A stretch of 64,000 bases of DNA from a virus (taxonomy: Duplodnaviria; Caudoviricetes), in IMG/VR virus record IMGVR_UViG_3300028833_000077. One strand, written 5' to 3'. Shown piece after piece: positions 9,101-17,194 of the stretch (within the stretch, counting starts at the first letter, position 1; each line of letters opens with the position of its first letter). The notes under the pieces are model-generated. The model saw only the letters and a program-made list of their open reading frames with translations, was not told where the DNA came from and did no database searches. Position numbers and translations under genes: made by a program.

Positions 9101-12100
9101 AATGGAAGGTATCCCTCACATTCAGCTTATAAGAGAATCAGGCCTTGCGGCAGTAACCAAGGAGGAGAGACCAGGGCGCAGAACCAGACAGATGCTCTTG
9201 GTGGATTCGAGTGTGGCAGCCTTACTTCCCTCTTTGCAGACACCAGGGACCAGGCAGATGCTTGGGGTGCAGGCCTTGAGCAAGATGACTTCCCCGGTGA
9301 TAGCTATGGAAAGTCCTATCCTTCAGGACACAGCTCCCAGGTATGGGCATTGGCTATGTATCTTGGACAGATGAAGCCCTCCAGCATTACTGAGTACATG
9401 AGGAATGCATACAGGTTCTCGGTGAACAGGACTATAGCAAGGGCGCATTGGAATTCTGATGTCATGTATGGCAGGATGTTTGGTACGATGGTGCTTCCCA
9501 TCATTAATGCCATGAGTGGCCTCCAGTCGGATTATGCATCCTTCAAAAGTGCCATGGGAGAAGGTGGAGGTGATGTGCCGTCAGGTGATGTCAGTGTCAA
9601 TATTGTCATTGACAACCAAACAGGAGCTGATGCCTGTATTACAGGCGAACTCAGGATATATGTGGAAGATGGTACTGGTGGGTATGTCGGAATGAACATG
9701 CATACACCAAAGTTCATCTCAGGTAATGACACTTACTATATTCCCCAAGGAAGGACAGAGTACTCAAGTCTTGCCTGTTCGGTCAATGGTGACTCTGTCT
9801 CTGCCAGCAGTTTTGTTGGAAACAGCATGAGCAGCCTTAGGAGTCCTATAGTGTATGGTTTTGATGGACAGAACCACCACAGTACTTTGTTTGCCGTTGA
9901 CATGCTGTCAGGTACATTCAGCAATGATGGTACCTATATACTTGTACTTAGGCAGGGAGAGGCATATGGCAATATGGTATGTACTACAAGCAGAACACTC
10001 AGTAAAGGTATGCTTAAGGCTCCAACCCCAGCTGCTACCAGGAGTGGGGAAGATGCAGATGCCCCAGTGGAGACCATTGAAGTAATAGAATCTCCAAAGG
10101 CGGATATGACAGTCACTGTTCCAACCATAAAAGGCCTCATTACCAGTGAGGAGGCTAAGAGGCTGTATAGAGAAGAAGGATACAGGAAAGTCAGGGCTGT
10201 AGTGGTCTACCCAGACATGCAGAACAGGAAGGTCATCTGCCAAGGTGTAGCCTGTCCTACACTGTATACTCTCAACAATAGAGGTGAGGGAAGCTCTGAT
10301 GAATTGCAGACCAAAAGCATATATGCACAATCCTCATGGTTCTTCAGGCCTAGATACTCTAATACAAAATACAGTGAGGACACCAATGTTCCTGCCAGTG
10401 CCCCTGGTGACTATATTGGGTACATGAATGCTGGAAGTTCCTCTACTTTGGCAGTAATATCGGGTCCCGTATGGACTATAACTGTCGATGGAGTACAAGG
10501 TTGTAATCCAACCTACATCAAGAGAACTGAGGTTCAAGGTTCATTCAATCCAGGGAACAAGTTCAAAGTGGAGTGGAGGACACTTACCTACCATGTGCCT
10601 GACATTGTGTTTGATGACAGCATGCTTGCCTTTGACTATGGCTCTGGTGGTCTGGATGCCTATCAGGTGGGTAATGTCTCCTTTGTGAGGACCCTCTCCG
10701 ACATAGACATACGGACAGAGACTCCAACCATCAGTAAGAATGCCTCTGGATTCATCAAGAAGTCCTTTGTCAGGGGTGATGCATCAGGCATCATAGCAGG
10801 GTTGTTCTACGAGGACTATGCTGTCAATGACAGTACAGGCGAGAAGGAGGAGAAGTTCAAGCCTTTTGTATCCCAGAGTGTTCCCATGAAGTGGATGGTC
10901 TATCCTTGGAATAGGACAGGTTCCCTCAACAACGATATTTCCAGACCTGCTGGATACGGTGTGCAGACAGCTGTACTCAAGCAGAAGATCATATCCAATC
11001 TCAGGGTGACCAACTCTGTCTTTGAATTCGAAGGGGATAAGTCATCCCTTGGATTCAAGGCACAGCTGTTCTACAGTAATGAGCCTGAGATAATAAAGCT
11101 TGACTTGAAGGACAGCAAGGGCTCCAACATCTATATGGGCAACATAGACACCATGCTTATTCCAGATGAGCCTGATGGCCTGTACTTCTCCATATGCAAA
11201 GACCCTGACGATGAATATGCCCCTACTCCTCAGTTTACTGACAAGGTATATTGGAAGACTTTTGCCAAGAACAATAAGACAGGTGAAACGAGTGACAAGG
11301 GTGCTTGGTATTTTGGAGGGGATTCATGGGAACGGATGGACACTTGTTTTGGTCAGGACCTCGGTGATGAGTATACAGATACTGTATTAAGCAAAGGACA
11401 GGTAAGGATGAAGTATAAGTCCACTCCGCATCTGGTGCTTACTGGAAGCAGCAGTCTTGCCACATACAATACGGAAGGGTGCCTCCCCATATTGGAGCTC
11501 AGAAGAAACATTGAGAGAGCCAAGGCCTTCGGTGGGAACTCCAAGGACATCCTGCATGAACAGCTATGGATTCCTTGCGGAGAGCCTGTCAGGCTTTGGG
11601 AAGGCCCTCAGGACGAACCTGCATTCAAGGATGTGGAGTTTGAATATTCTTGGGGTGATACCTACTATCAGAGGTGGGATTGCCTGAAGACCTATGCCTT
11701 CACTCCTGAGGACATCAATCAGGTGGTGGAGATAGGCTCCTTCATGCTTGAGACCTATGTCAACATTGACGGTAGGTATGATAGGAACAGAGGACAGTTG
11801 AGCAATCTCTATATGTCACCTCAGAACTTCAACCTACTCAACCCAGTGTATTCCCAGTTGAACAACTTCTTCACCTACAGGATACAGGATGATGAGTTCT
11901 ACAAGCTAAAGAAATACCCCAATCAGATAACATGGTCAAAGACGAAGACCTCAGGTGCTGATGTTGACATGTGGACCAATGTGACACTGGCATCAATCCT
12001 TGAGCTTGATGGTGACAAGGGTACTGTCAGGAAGCTCATTAGGTTTAACAACTATCTGTTCTCCTTCCAGGATATGGGTATATCCCAGATTCTCTACAAT

Positions 12101-13150
12101 GACAATGTGCAGATCAATGCAGCCGATGGGGTGCCCATTGAGATAGCCAACTCTGGAAAGGTACAGGGTAAGGATTATAAGAGTGACACCATTGGATGCA
12201 GCAACAAATGGAGTCTGGTCAAGACACCTTCGGGCATCTACTTCATGGATTCCGTCAATAAGGGGATATTCATGTTCAATGGGCAAGTGAATAACCTGTC
12301 AGGCTCTTTAGGCATGAATACATGGTGCAAGGAGAATATCCCAGACAGCTCTGTCGATTGGACTCCCTATGACTACTTGATTAAAAATGATGATACTGAG
12401 ATATTTGTAAATGGGTTCCAGAACTTTGTCGCATACTATGACAAGTTGAATCAGGATATACTGTTCATCAACAAGCAGACAGCTTTGGCATTCTCAGAGA
12501 GACTGGGTACATTCACATCATTCTATGACTATGGAGAGACCTCGTATCTCTGCAACTTGCAGGATACAGGACTGTGGCTCAAGGTTGGTACAGAGGAGAA
12601 GGAGGGTGTGGATACTAAGCCGCATGTGGAATATACTACTGCTCTTTGGAAGCATCAGGGCGGAGAGTACTGCAAGTTCTTTGGAGAAAGTAAGTCTTAC
12701 TGGATGACACTAGTAGGCAATCCTGAGCCTCAGTTTGACAAGATATTCACTAACTTGGAGTTCAGGGCAAGTGTAGATGGTGATGGTGAGTTGAATCGTT
12801 ATACAGGCAAGTTCACCCCTGCACTCCCCTTTGACTCCTTGGAGACATGGAATGAGTACCAGCATGGTATTGCGAATCTTGCAAATATGAGAGGCCATGA
12901 CCAGTTCAGGCATCATACTACTGACAACAATGGTACTCTCAAGAGGAAGTTCAGGATATGGAGGTGTGACATTCCTAGAGACAATGCAGAACTCAATACT
13001 GATGCTGCATTGGGCATCTTCAGGAAGACCAAGCCACGCAGGCTGGACAGGATGAGGAACCCTTGGCTGTACCTCAAGCTTCAGAAGGATGCAGCAGATA
13101 CCATGCCCAGAACTGAAATACACGACATTGTAGTATCATATTTCCTATAG
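6188..13150 (+). CDS. Tail stabilisation/muzzle protein of crAss-like phages with a large PAP2 phosphatase insertion
   Basis: Characteristic termini 'KGMNRDMSVSAF..EFAFENMNLR...NEKG', 'VYWTDGINQPR.INI', 'GDTYYQRWDCLKTY', 'KRKFRIWRCDIPR...RMRNPW'; internal 'SYPSGH...NRTIARAHWNSD'. Confidence 0.85.
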   Translation: MKKQVGFKTKGMNRDMSVSAFNQEFAFENMNLRLSTNEGNTLMSWVNEKGTSPITISRGIVGVENFINGCVVGTAVLNHFLILFLTKCWDEGTKDYYDSIVRLKYEGTDKNSMVAKVLYSGLEKGNLGFMVEHPLETLVSFESDHIQKVYWTDGINQPRLINIAPENDGHIGRYTNTSFDFIPTLQLNEDIHVKKILGGGGMFAPGVIQYAFTYYNRYGQESNIFYTTPLYYISYADRGASPEDKVDNVFRITVDKPDSNFDYLRIYSIQRTSINSTPMCKRIQDIEVAEEPKSVSFTDTGTAGDSIDPTELLYKGGHGILVGTMEQKDGTLFMGDIVTPSIKHPKAGVSLETSTRTFYPNVVSTDSYEYANQLTSYKDATKEESVPCAGFKKGNFYRCGVQFQDEHGRWSDPVFLENVEIDISPEAVTNVKEEPEGTYDFELREVIIANNSQYPLVISNIAKFALVGKDGKFVFTVKLGNFDSRTIESGMQDVYNKAVILDAKKYSGLKFCTKDEYTKLGMESNVSLKAYGSKRGYVLTPITAGTAINSSSTYTIECTESFDPAPQEVPFDEDLDGLLMYFNPILKAAGTKEITNTATPLTYAYLKAAYDLADTEWSSNAHSFFSATTYPEIYNGSDYRGTNDTYEKNGTSQLAMQSWLVAMCLSELAPTSGTNTNTQTELFKKAYNLIDGSGDGKKVPLYGGYTLKGDPMIARYAAGAIYALNRAPKSFSDMQQMRTELWGDNADHSINASDWSGLEYSPDNYKLSMENLGYLVNTDAFLPGAFGPWASGEFYSSFPYGQSSDQYYNSPTEAGRFWEANNYKVDVNIDNTITDTLNGYIAYSPDGNGGYTFAGNKEKLQRLFESAVIGRATDFVFFGRKRLKYTNTIAATLVGHNVSLHRFSETDDSIADSNVYEYTGPFYSEQLQDYLFSNQGTYTATAEGSSITQELTFYERKSPMLFLDVVKDIADNGRYPSHSAYKRIRPCGSNQGGETRAQNQTDALGGFECGSLTSLFADTRDQADAWGAGLEQDDFPGDSYGKSYPSGHSSQVWALAMYLGQMKPSSITEYMRNAYRFSVNRTIARAHWNSDVMYGRMFGTMVLPIINAMSGLQSDYASFKSAMGEGGGDVPSGDVSVNIVIDNQTGADACITGELRIYVEDGTGGYVGMNMHTPKFISGNDTYYIPQGRTEYSSLACSVNGDSVSASSFVGNSMSSLRSPIVYGFDGQNHHSTLFAVDMLSGTFSNDGTYILVLRQGEAYGNMVCTTSRTLSKGMLKAPTPAATRSGEDADAPVETIEVIESPKADMTVTVPTIKGLITSEEAKRLYREEGYRKVRAVVVYPDMQNRKVICQGVACPTLYTLNNRGEGSSDELQTKSIYAQSSWFFRPRYSNTKYSEDTNVPASAPGDYIGYMNAGSSSTLAVISGPVWTITVDGVQGCNPTYIKRTEVQGSFNPGNKFKVEWRTLTYHVPDIVFDDSMLAFDYGSGGLDAYQVGNVSFVRTLSDIDIRTETPTISKNASGFIKKSFVRGDASGIIAGLFYEDYAVNDSTGEKEEKFKPFVSQSVPMKWMVYPWNRTGSLNNDISRPAGYGVQTAVLKQKIISNLRVTNSVFEFEGDKSSLGFKAQLFYSNEPEIIKLDLKDSKGSNIYMGNIDTMLIPDEPDGLYFSICKDPDDEYAPTPQFTDKVYWKTFAKNNKTGETSDKGAWYFGGDSWERMDTCFGQDLGDEYTDTVLSKGQVRMKYKSTPHLVLTGSSSLATYNTEGCLPILELRRNIERAKAFGGNSKDILHEQLWIPCGEPVRLWEGPQDEPAFKDVEFEYSWGDTYYQRWDCLKTYAFTPEDINQVVEIGSFMLETYVNIDGRYDRNRGQLSNLYMSPQNFNLLNPVYSQLNNFFTYRIQDDEFYKLKKYPNQITWSKTKTSGADVDMWTNVTLASILELDGDKGTVRKLIRFNNYLFSFQDMGISQILYNDNVQINAADGVPIEIANSGKVQGKDYKSDTIGCSNKWSLVKTPSGIYFMDSVNKGIFMFNGQVNNLSGSLGMNTWCKENIPDSSVDWTPYDYLIKNDDTEIFVNGFQNFVAYYDKLNQDILFINKQTALAFSERLGTFTSFYDYGETSYLCNLQDTGLWLKVGTEEKEGVDTKPHVEYTTALWKHQGGEYCKFFGESKSYWMTLVGNPEPQFDKIFTNLEFRASVDGDGELNRYTGKFTPALPFDSLETWNEYQHGIANLANMRGHDQFRHHTTDNNGTLKRKFRIWRCDIPRDNAELNTDAALGIFRKTKPRRLDRMRNPWLYLKLQKDAADTMPRTEIHDIVVSYFL
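7470..10100 (+). other. In-frame ~880-aa insertion in the muzzle protein: beta-sandwich + degenerate PAP2 + active PAP2 + beta-sandwich (boundaries approximate)
   Basis: Colinear similarity to the 4113-6173 protein; motifs KRIRP (9131-9145), SYPSGH (9314-9331), NRTIARAHWNSD (9425-9460); flanked by muzzle-type 'GRWSDPVFL' and 'GYRKVRAVVVYP'. Confidence 0.75.
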
Positions 13151-13154
13151 ACCT

Positions 13155-13622
13155 ATGAAGACATTGACTGTAGCAGCAACCTTGATAGCCTTGGCCTCAG
13201 TGCTTGTGTGGAGAATCATCTACAAGAGGATGCCAAAGTCCTTGAGTCAGATGGTGAAGGCATCTCCCAAGTGGGAGTACATCTTTGCAGGTGTTCTTGC
13301 AGTGTATGGCATCACCACATGGCTGTCCTGCATAGACAGGCTCCCTGAGAATCTACAGTGGCTGTTGTGGCTTACTGAGGTGGGACTGGCCATAGTGGCA
13401 GTAACTCCCATCACCAACAAGGACAGTGAGGAAATACATCTTACTGGGGCACTCATGTCTGCCATAAGCATCAATACACTTGCATTGCTGTTATGCCCAT
13501 ATGTACTGCTTACATGGACAGGATACCTCATATACACTTTCCTGACTGATTGCTTGCATAAGAAGCTGGTGGCAGAGATTGTCTGTGGTATCATCCTGAC
13601 CTTGGTAGTGCTGCTTGCGTAG
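13155..13622 (+). CDS. Multi-pass membrane protein
   Basis: About 5-6 hydrophobic segments in 155 aa. Confidence 0.7.
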   Translation: MKTLTVAATLIALASVLVWRIIYKRMPKSLSQMVKASPKWEYIFAGVLAVYGITTWLSCIDRLPENLQWLLWLTEVGLAIVAVTPITNKDSEEIHLTGALMSAISINTLALLLCPYVLLTWTGYLIYTFLTDCLHKKLVAEIVCGIILTLVVLLA

Positions 13623-13661
13623 AAGTTTGGTGATTCTTTTTATATTAGTTGATTTGTTGTG

Positions 13662-13695
13662 GGTAGGGGAATCTTAAGGATTTCCTTACCTTTTT
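13662..13695 (+). terminator. Intrinsic terminator
   Basis: GGTAGGGGAATC-ttaag-GATTTCCTTACC followed by TTTTT. Confidence 0.75.
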
Positions 13696-13738
13696 ATATT
13701 ATGGCCATTAAGCATACAGACTTTCTAAACCATTTACT

Positions 13739-13746
13739 TACCTTTG
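13739..13746 (+). promoter_or_regulatory. Bacteroidota -7 promoter element TACCTTTG for the cargo-protein operon
   Basis: Exact TAnnTTTG match, downstream of a terminator and 21 nt before the ATG at 13767. Confidence 0.7.
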
Positions 13747-13766
13747 CAATAAAATAGTTCTTAGGA

Positions 13767-14813
13767 ATGAAAGACGGTAGAGTACAGGTAGTTACCAAAT
13801 ACAATATGGCAGCCTTCCTCCCCAAGGAGGATGACTATGAGGAAAGTGTGTTCACTTCTCCAGTCAAGGAAGAGAGGCCTTCCCATGAGGGTAAGGTGAG
13901 GACAGTCAACAAGTTCAACAAGGCTGCCTTCATGCCGAAGGATGAGAACCTGTTTAAGTTTGGGGGTGGAGGTGACTTTTTCAAGCATCAGAACGGAGGA
14001 ACTTATGGAGGTACTTCCATGATGACGGCAGATAATACATTTAATGTACCCTTGCCGGGAGGCAGCACTTTTACTTTTAGTAGTGCAAATTATCAAAAGC
14101 CTGTATTGACAGACTCTTCTGGGTATACAAAGCAACTTGGCGGTGCAGGTGAAGTAATAAAGAGTACTCAAAATGCTCCATCATCAGGTTCCAATGGGTT
14201 CTTTGGTAAAGGAGGAGCAGGTACTGCAGCTGCTGGTGCATTATTGGGAGTGGCAAGCAGCATAGGACAGTCAGAGACCAATAAGAGGGGATTGTTTGAT
14301 GTAATGGATCCTGTACATCAGCTTGCAGGTGGAAGGGAATCTGCTGTAGGTAATGCCTTGGGAGATGCAGGTGTAGGAGTATTCCAAGCAGGTGTGTCTA
14401 CTGGTAATCCTTGGATTATGGCAGCAGGTGCTGGACTGAAGGTCATTGGAGGTCTTACTAATGCAGCATTTGGTATTAAAGAAGATAAGGAGAAGAAGGC
14501 TGCTGCTGATGCAAGCATAGCATCCAACCAGAACTTCATGTCCAATGCAGAATCATTTGATGACATCAAGGGACCTGCATCTGCCACTGCTACCGATGTG
14601 TATGAAGGAGGTTGGTTCTCTGGAGGTAAGGCAGACAGGAAGAATGCAGAACTTGCAAGGAGGATGGCCAATGCCTATTCATGGGCAGACAGGAGCATTC
14701 TGAATAATGTGCAGAACCTTCAGGATGACCAAGTTGAAAACTTCTTGAGGAACTACTCTGCATTCGGAGGATACCTCACAAGACCTAAGAGAAAAAGGAA
14801 AGTAAAAAGATAA
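13767..14813 (+). CDS. Putative virion cargo/ejection protein (Gly/Ala-rich hydrophobic segments)
   Basis: Gly/Ala-rich stretches such as 'TGNPWIMAAGAGLKVIGGLTNAAFG'; position after the muzzle gene as in crAss-like phages. Confidence 0.6.
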   Translation: MKDGRVQVVTKYNMAAFLPKEDDYEESVFTSPVKEERPSHEGKVRTVNKFNKAAFMPKDENLFKFGGGGDFFKHQNGGTYGGTSMMTADNTFNVPLPGGSTFTFSSANYQKPVLTDSSGYTKQLGGAGEVIKSTQNAPSSGSNGFFGKGGAGTAAAGALLGVASSIGQSETNKRGLFDVMDPVHQLAGGRESAVGNALGDAGVGVFQAGVSTGNPWIMAAGAGLKVIGGLTNAAFGIKEDKEKKAAADASIASNQNFMSNAESFDDIKGPASATATDVYEGGWFSGGKADRKNAELARRMANAYSWADRSILNNVQNLQDDQVENFLRNYSAFGGYLTRPKRKRKVKR

Positions 14814-14818
14814 GATAT

Positions 14819-17194
14819 ATGAGTGCAATAGACTACGCTAATAGCCAGGACTGGCTTGCCTATCTGAATGGCAAGAAGAAGACCCAGGACAAGATACCTA
14901 CCACCAATGTGTTTGGAGGGTTTCCATTCTCAGCACCTTCCTTTGCTGCTGGTGGCAAGATGAAGAGAAAGAAGAGGGGCAAGATGGCTGAGAACAGACT
15001 CATTGAGGAGCCTGGTATGCCACTGTTTGCCTATGGTGGAAGTCTCAAGACAGCCAGTACTCCTACGGTAGAGCCTGTTGGAGTGTTCGACAATGGCAAG
15101 GATACACTGTTTGCCTTAGGAGGAGTACTCCAGAGTCATGGCTCTGACTGGGGCGATGGTGCCACCCACATTGATGCTGGAGGCTCCCATGAGGAAAATG
15201 TAAATGATGGTGTACAGATGGGTGTTGACCAGAACGGGGTGCCCAACTTGGTCGAGGAAGGCGAGGTGGTTTTTAATGAATATGTCTATTCCAGAAGGAT
15301 ACATCTCGATGAAGAGGCAAAGAAGATGCTCCATATTTCCAAGAATAGGGACATCACCTATGCTGATATGGCCAAGAAGCTTGAGAAGGAGTCTGAGGAA
15401 AGGCCTAACGACCCCATCAGTGCTGCTGCCTTGAAAGCCCAGATGCAGGATTTGGCAGACCAACAGGAGAGACAGAAGCAGGAGATGGAGGCTGAGAGGG
15501 CTGAGGAGGCATTCAATGCCCTTAGTGATGAAGAGAAGGTTGCACTCATGCAGCAGGCAGCAGAACAGGAACAGATGGCTCAGGAGCAGGCTATGGCAGA
15601 AGAGCAGGCAATGCAACAGCCTTCACCTGAGGAGATGGCTGCTATGGAGCAACAGGCTGCTATGGATCAGCAGATGTCTCCTGAGGAAGCAGCTATGATG
15701 CAGCAGCAGATAGCAGCTCAAGGAGGCCCTTCCTTTGAGGAGATGCAGGCAAACGTGTCTGCCTTGGGAGGAGTATTGTCAAGAGCTGGTGAGGATAAGA
15801 ACATTCTTGCCCTTGCAGGTCCGATCAGCAAGAAGACCAACCGCAGACTGCTCCGACATTATGATGAAGATTGGTTCTATCAGCAGGCTAAGGCTCTTGG
15901 TATGGACGATGAGTGGATTGAGGAAAATATGAGGAAGAGCTTTAAGTTCGATCCTGACAATGCTGAGGCAAACATGAATGCCTTTAATAATATCTATAGG
16001 AGGTTCCAGGAGGATAGGGCGCGCAGGACTTATAGGGAAGGACAAAGGAAGTCCAAGGCCAATGAACTCTTTGATGCCAATAAGGGGCTCTATAGGATGT
16101 CGGATGATGGAAAGATTCTTTATAAGGCCAAGATAAACAGTGCCAACAGGAAGGGCTGGATCAACAAGGACTATACTGGAGACATGGTGGATGACCTTAT
16201 TCCTGGATTCCTGACTGATGAAGAGTATAACAAGAAGAGAGCTCTTTGGGAAGCAGAGACAGACAAGGATAAGAAGGCCGCATTGCTTGCAGAACTGGAA
16301 AGCTATAAGCCTATAGACCAGAAGATGGGAGACAGGATGATAGGCTATAACGGGCAAGTCATCTGGGGAGACCCTGAGTTGGATAAGGACGGTAACCCCC
16401 TGACCAAGGAAGGGCTGCTTGATTCCTTTACCTATGATGATGGATTCAAATGGGATGAGAAAGATGTCAATACACTTGATTATCCTGCAGAAATGGAAAC
16501 CAGCAATATCTCAAAGCTTAGGTATGCACCTTTGGCATTCAACGGCTTAGGACTGCTTTATAATGCGTTGACTCCTGCAGACTACAGTAGGGCGGGGGCA
16601 GTGACCAATATAGGTTCTGGAGGTGTCCCATCACTGGTACACCCTGACTATAGAGGCAACTATGCCACATATATTCCTGTAGACCCATGGCTGCAGAAGG
16701 CACCTTTGATTGCACAGGCAAACAGTGTGGCAAGGGGTATCAGGAATAGTGGTGTAAACCAAGGGGCTATGATAGCAGGCCAATTAGGACTTGACTATAA
16801 TACCAATAATGCCTTGGGTCAGGCTGATGCGGCAGCACAACTCCAGAATTTTGACAGGAGGATGAAGGTGCTTGATGTCAACAACAACTTGGACAAGACC
16901 TACATGGCTTTGGATATGGAGGCCCAGAAGGCCAATCAGAATGCTCTGCTACATGCTGGGGATAATGCAAACAGATATAGGTTTGCTGGACTGTCGATGA
17001 TGGAGGATATTGACAGGAACAAGAGTAATGCGATAAGCCTCAATGCTACGAATCTGGCTGAATCTGCAAGGAAGATTGGAGAAGAGGGCTATGATATGGA
17101 TAGGCTTAAGTGGCTTAACAGGGCTGGTGTCTTGAAGGGAAGTTATTGGAGAGGAAAATATGGAGGACAACTCAGTAAGAAAGGAGGTAGATAA
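14819..17194 (+). CDS. Putative virion cargo protein
   Basis: 'IDAGGSHEEN..DGVQMG.D.NG.PNLVEEGEVVFN.YVYS.R' block typical of crAss cargo proteins; Q/A/M-rich linker. Confidence 0.65.
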   Translation: MSAIDYANSQDWLAYLNGKKKTQDKIPTTNVFGGFPFSAPSFAAGGKMKRKKRGKMAENRLIEEPGMPLFAYGGSLKTASTPTVEPVGVFDNGKDTLFALGGVLQSHGSDWGDGATHIDAGGSHEENVNDGVQMGVDQNGVPNLVEEGEVVFNEYVYSRRIHLDEEAKKMLHISKNRDITYADMAKKLEKESEERPNDPISAAALKAQMQDLADQQERQKQEMEAERAEEAFNALSDEEKVALMQQAAEQEQMAQEQAMAEEQAMQQPSPEEMAAMEQQAAMDQQMSPEEAAMMQQQIAAQGGPSFEEMQANVSALGGVLSRAGEDKNILALAGPISKKTNRRLLRHYDEDWFYQQAKALGMDDEWIEENMRKSFKFDPDNAEANMNAFNNIYRRFQEDRARRTYREGQRKSKANELFDANKGLYRMSDDGKILYKAKINSANRKGWINKDYTGDMVDDLIPGFLTDEEYNKKRALWEAETDKDKKAALLAELESYKPIDQKMGDRMIGYNGQVIWGDPELDKDGNPLTKEGLLDSFTYDDGFKWDEKDVNTLDYPAEMETSNISKLRYAPLAFNGLGLLYNALTPADYSRAGAVTNIGSGGVPSLVHPDYRGNYATYIPVDPWLQKAPLIAQANSVARGIRNSGVNQGAMIAGQLGLDYNTNNALGQADAAAQLQNFDRRMKVLDVNNNLDKTYMALDMEAQKANQNALLHAGDNANRYRFAGLSMMEDIDRNKSNAISLNATNLAESARKIGEEGYDMDRLKWLNRAGVLKGSYWRGKYGGQLSKKGGR

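Noticed and set aside
7470-10100. Muzzle insertion as an intein or intron
   Set aside because: No intein terminal motifs (Cys/Ser start, His-Asn end), no endonuclease motif and no ribozyme core. It is a colinear paralogue of the neighbouring phosphatase gene.
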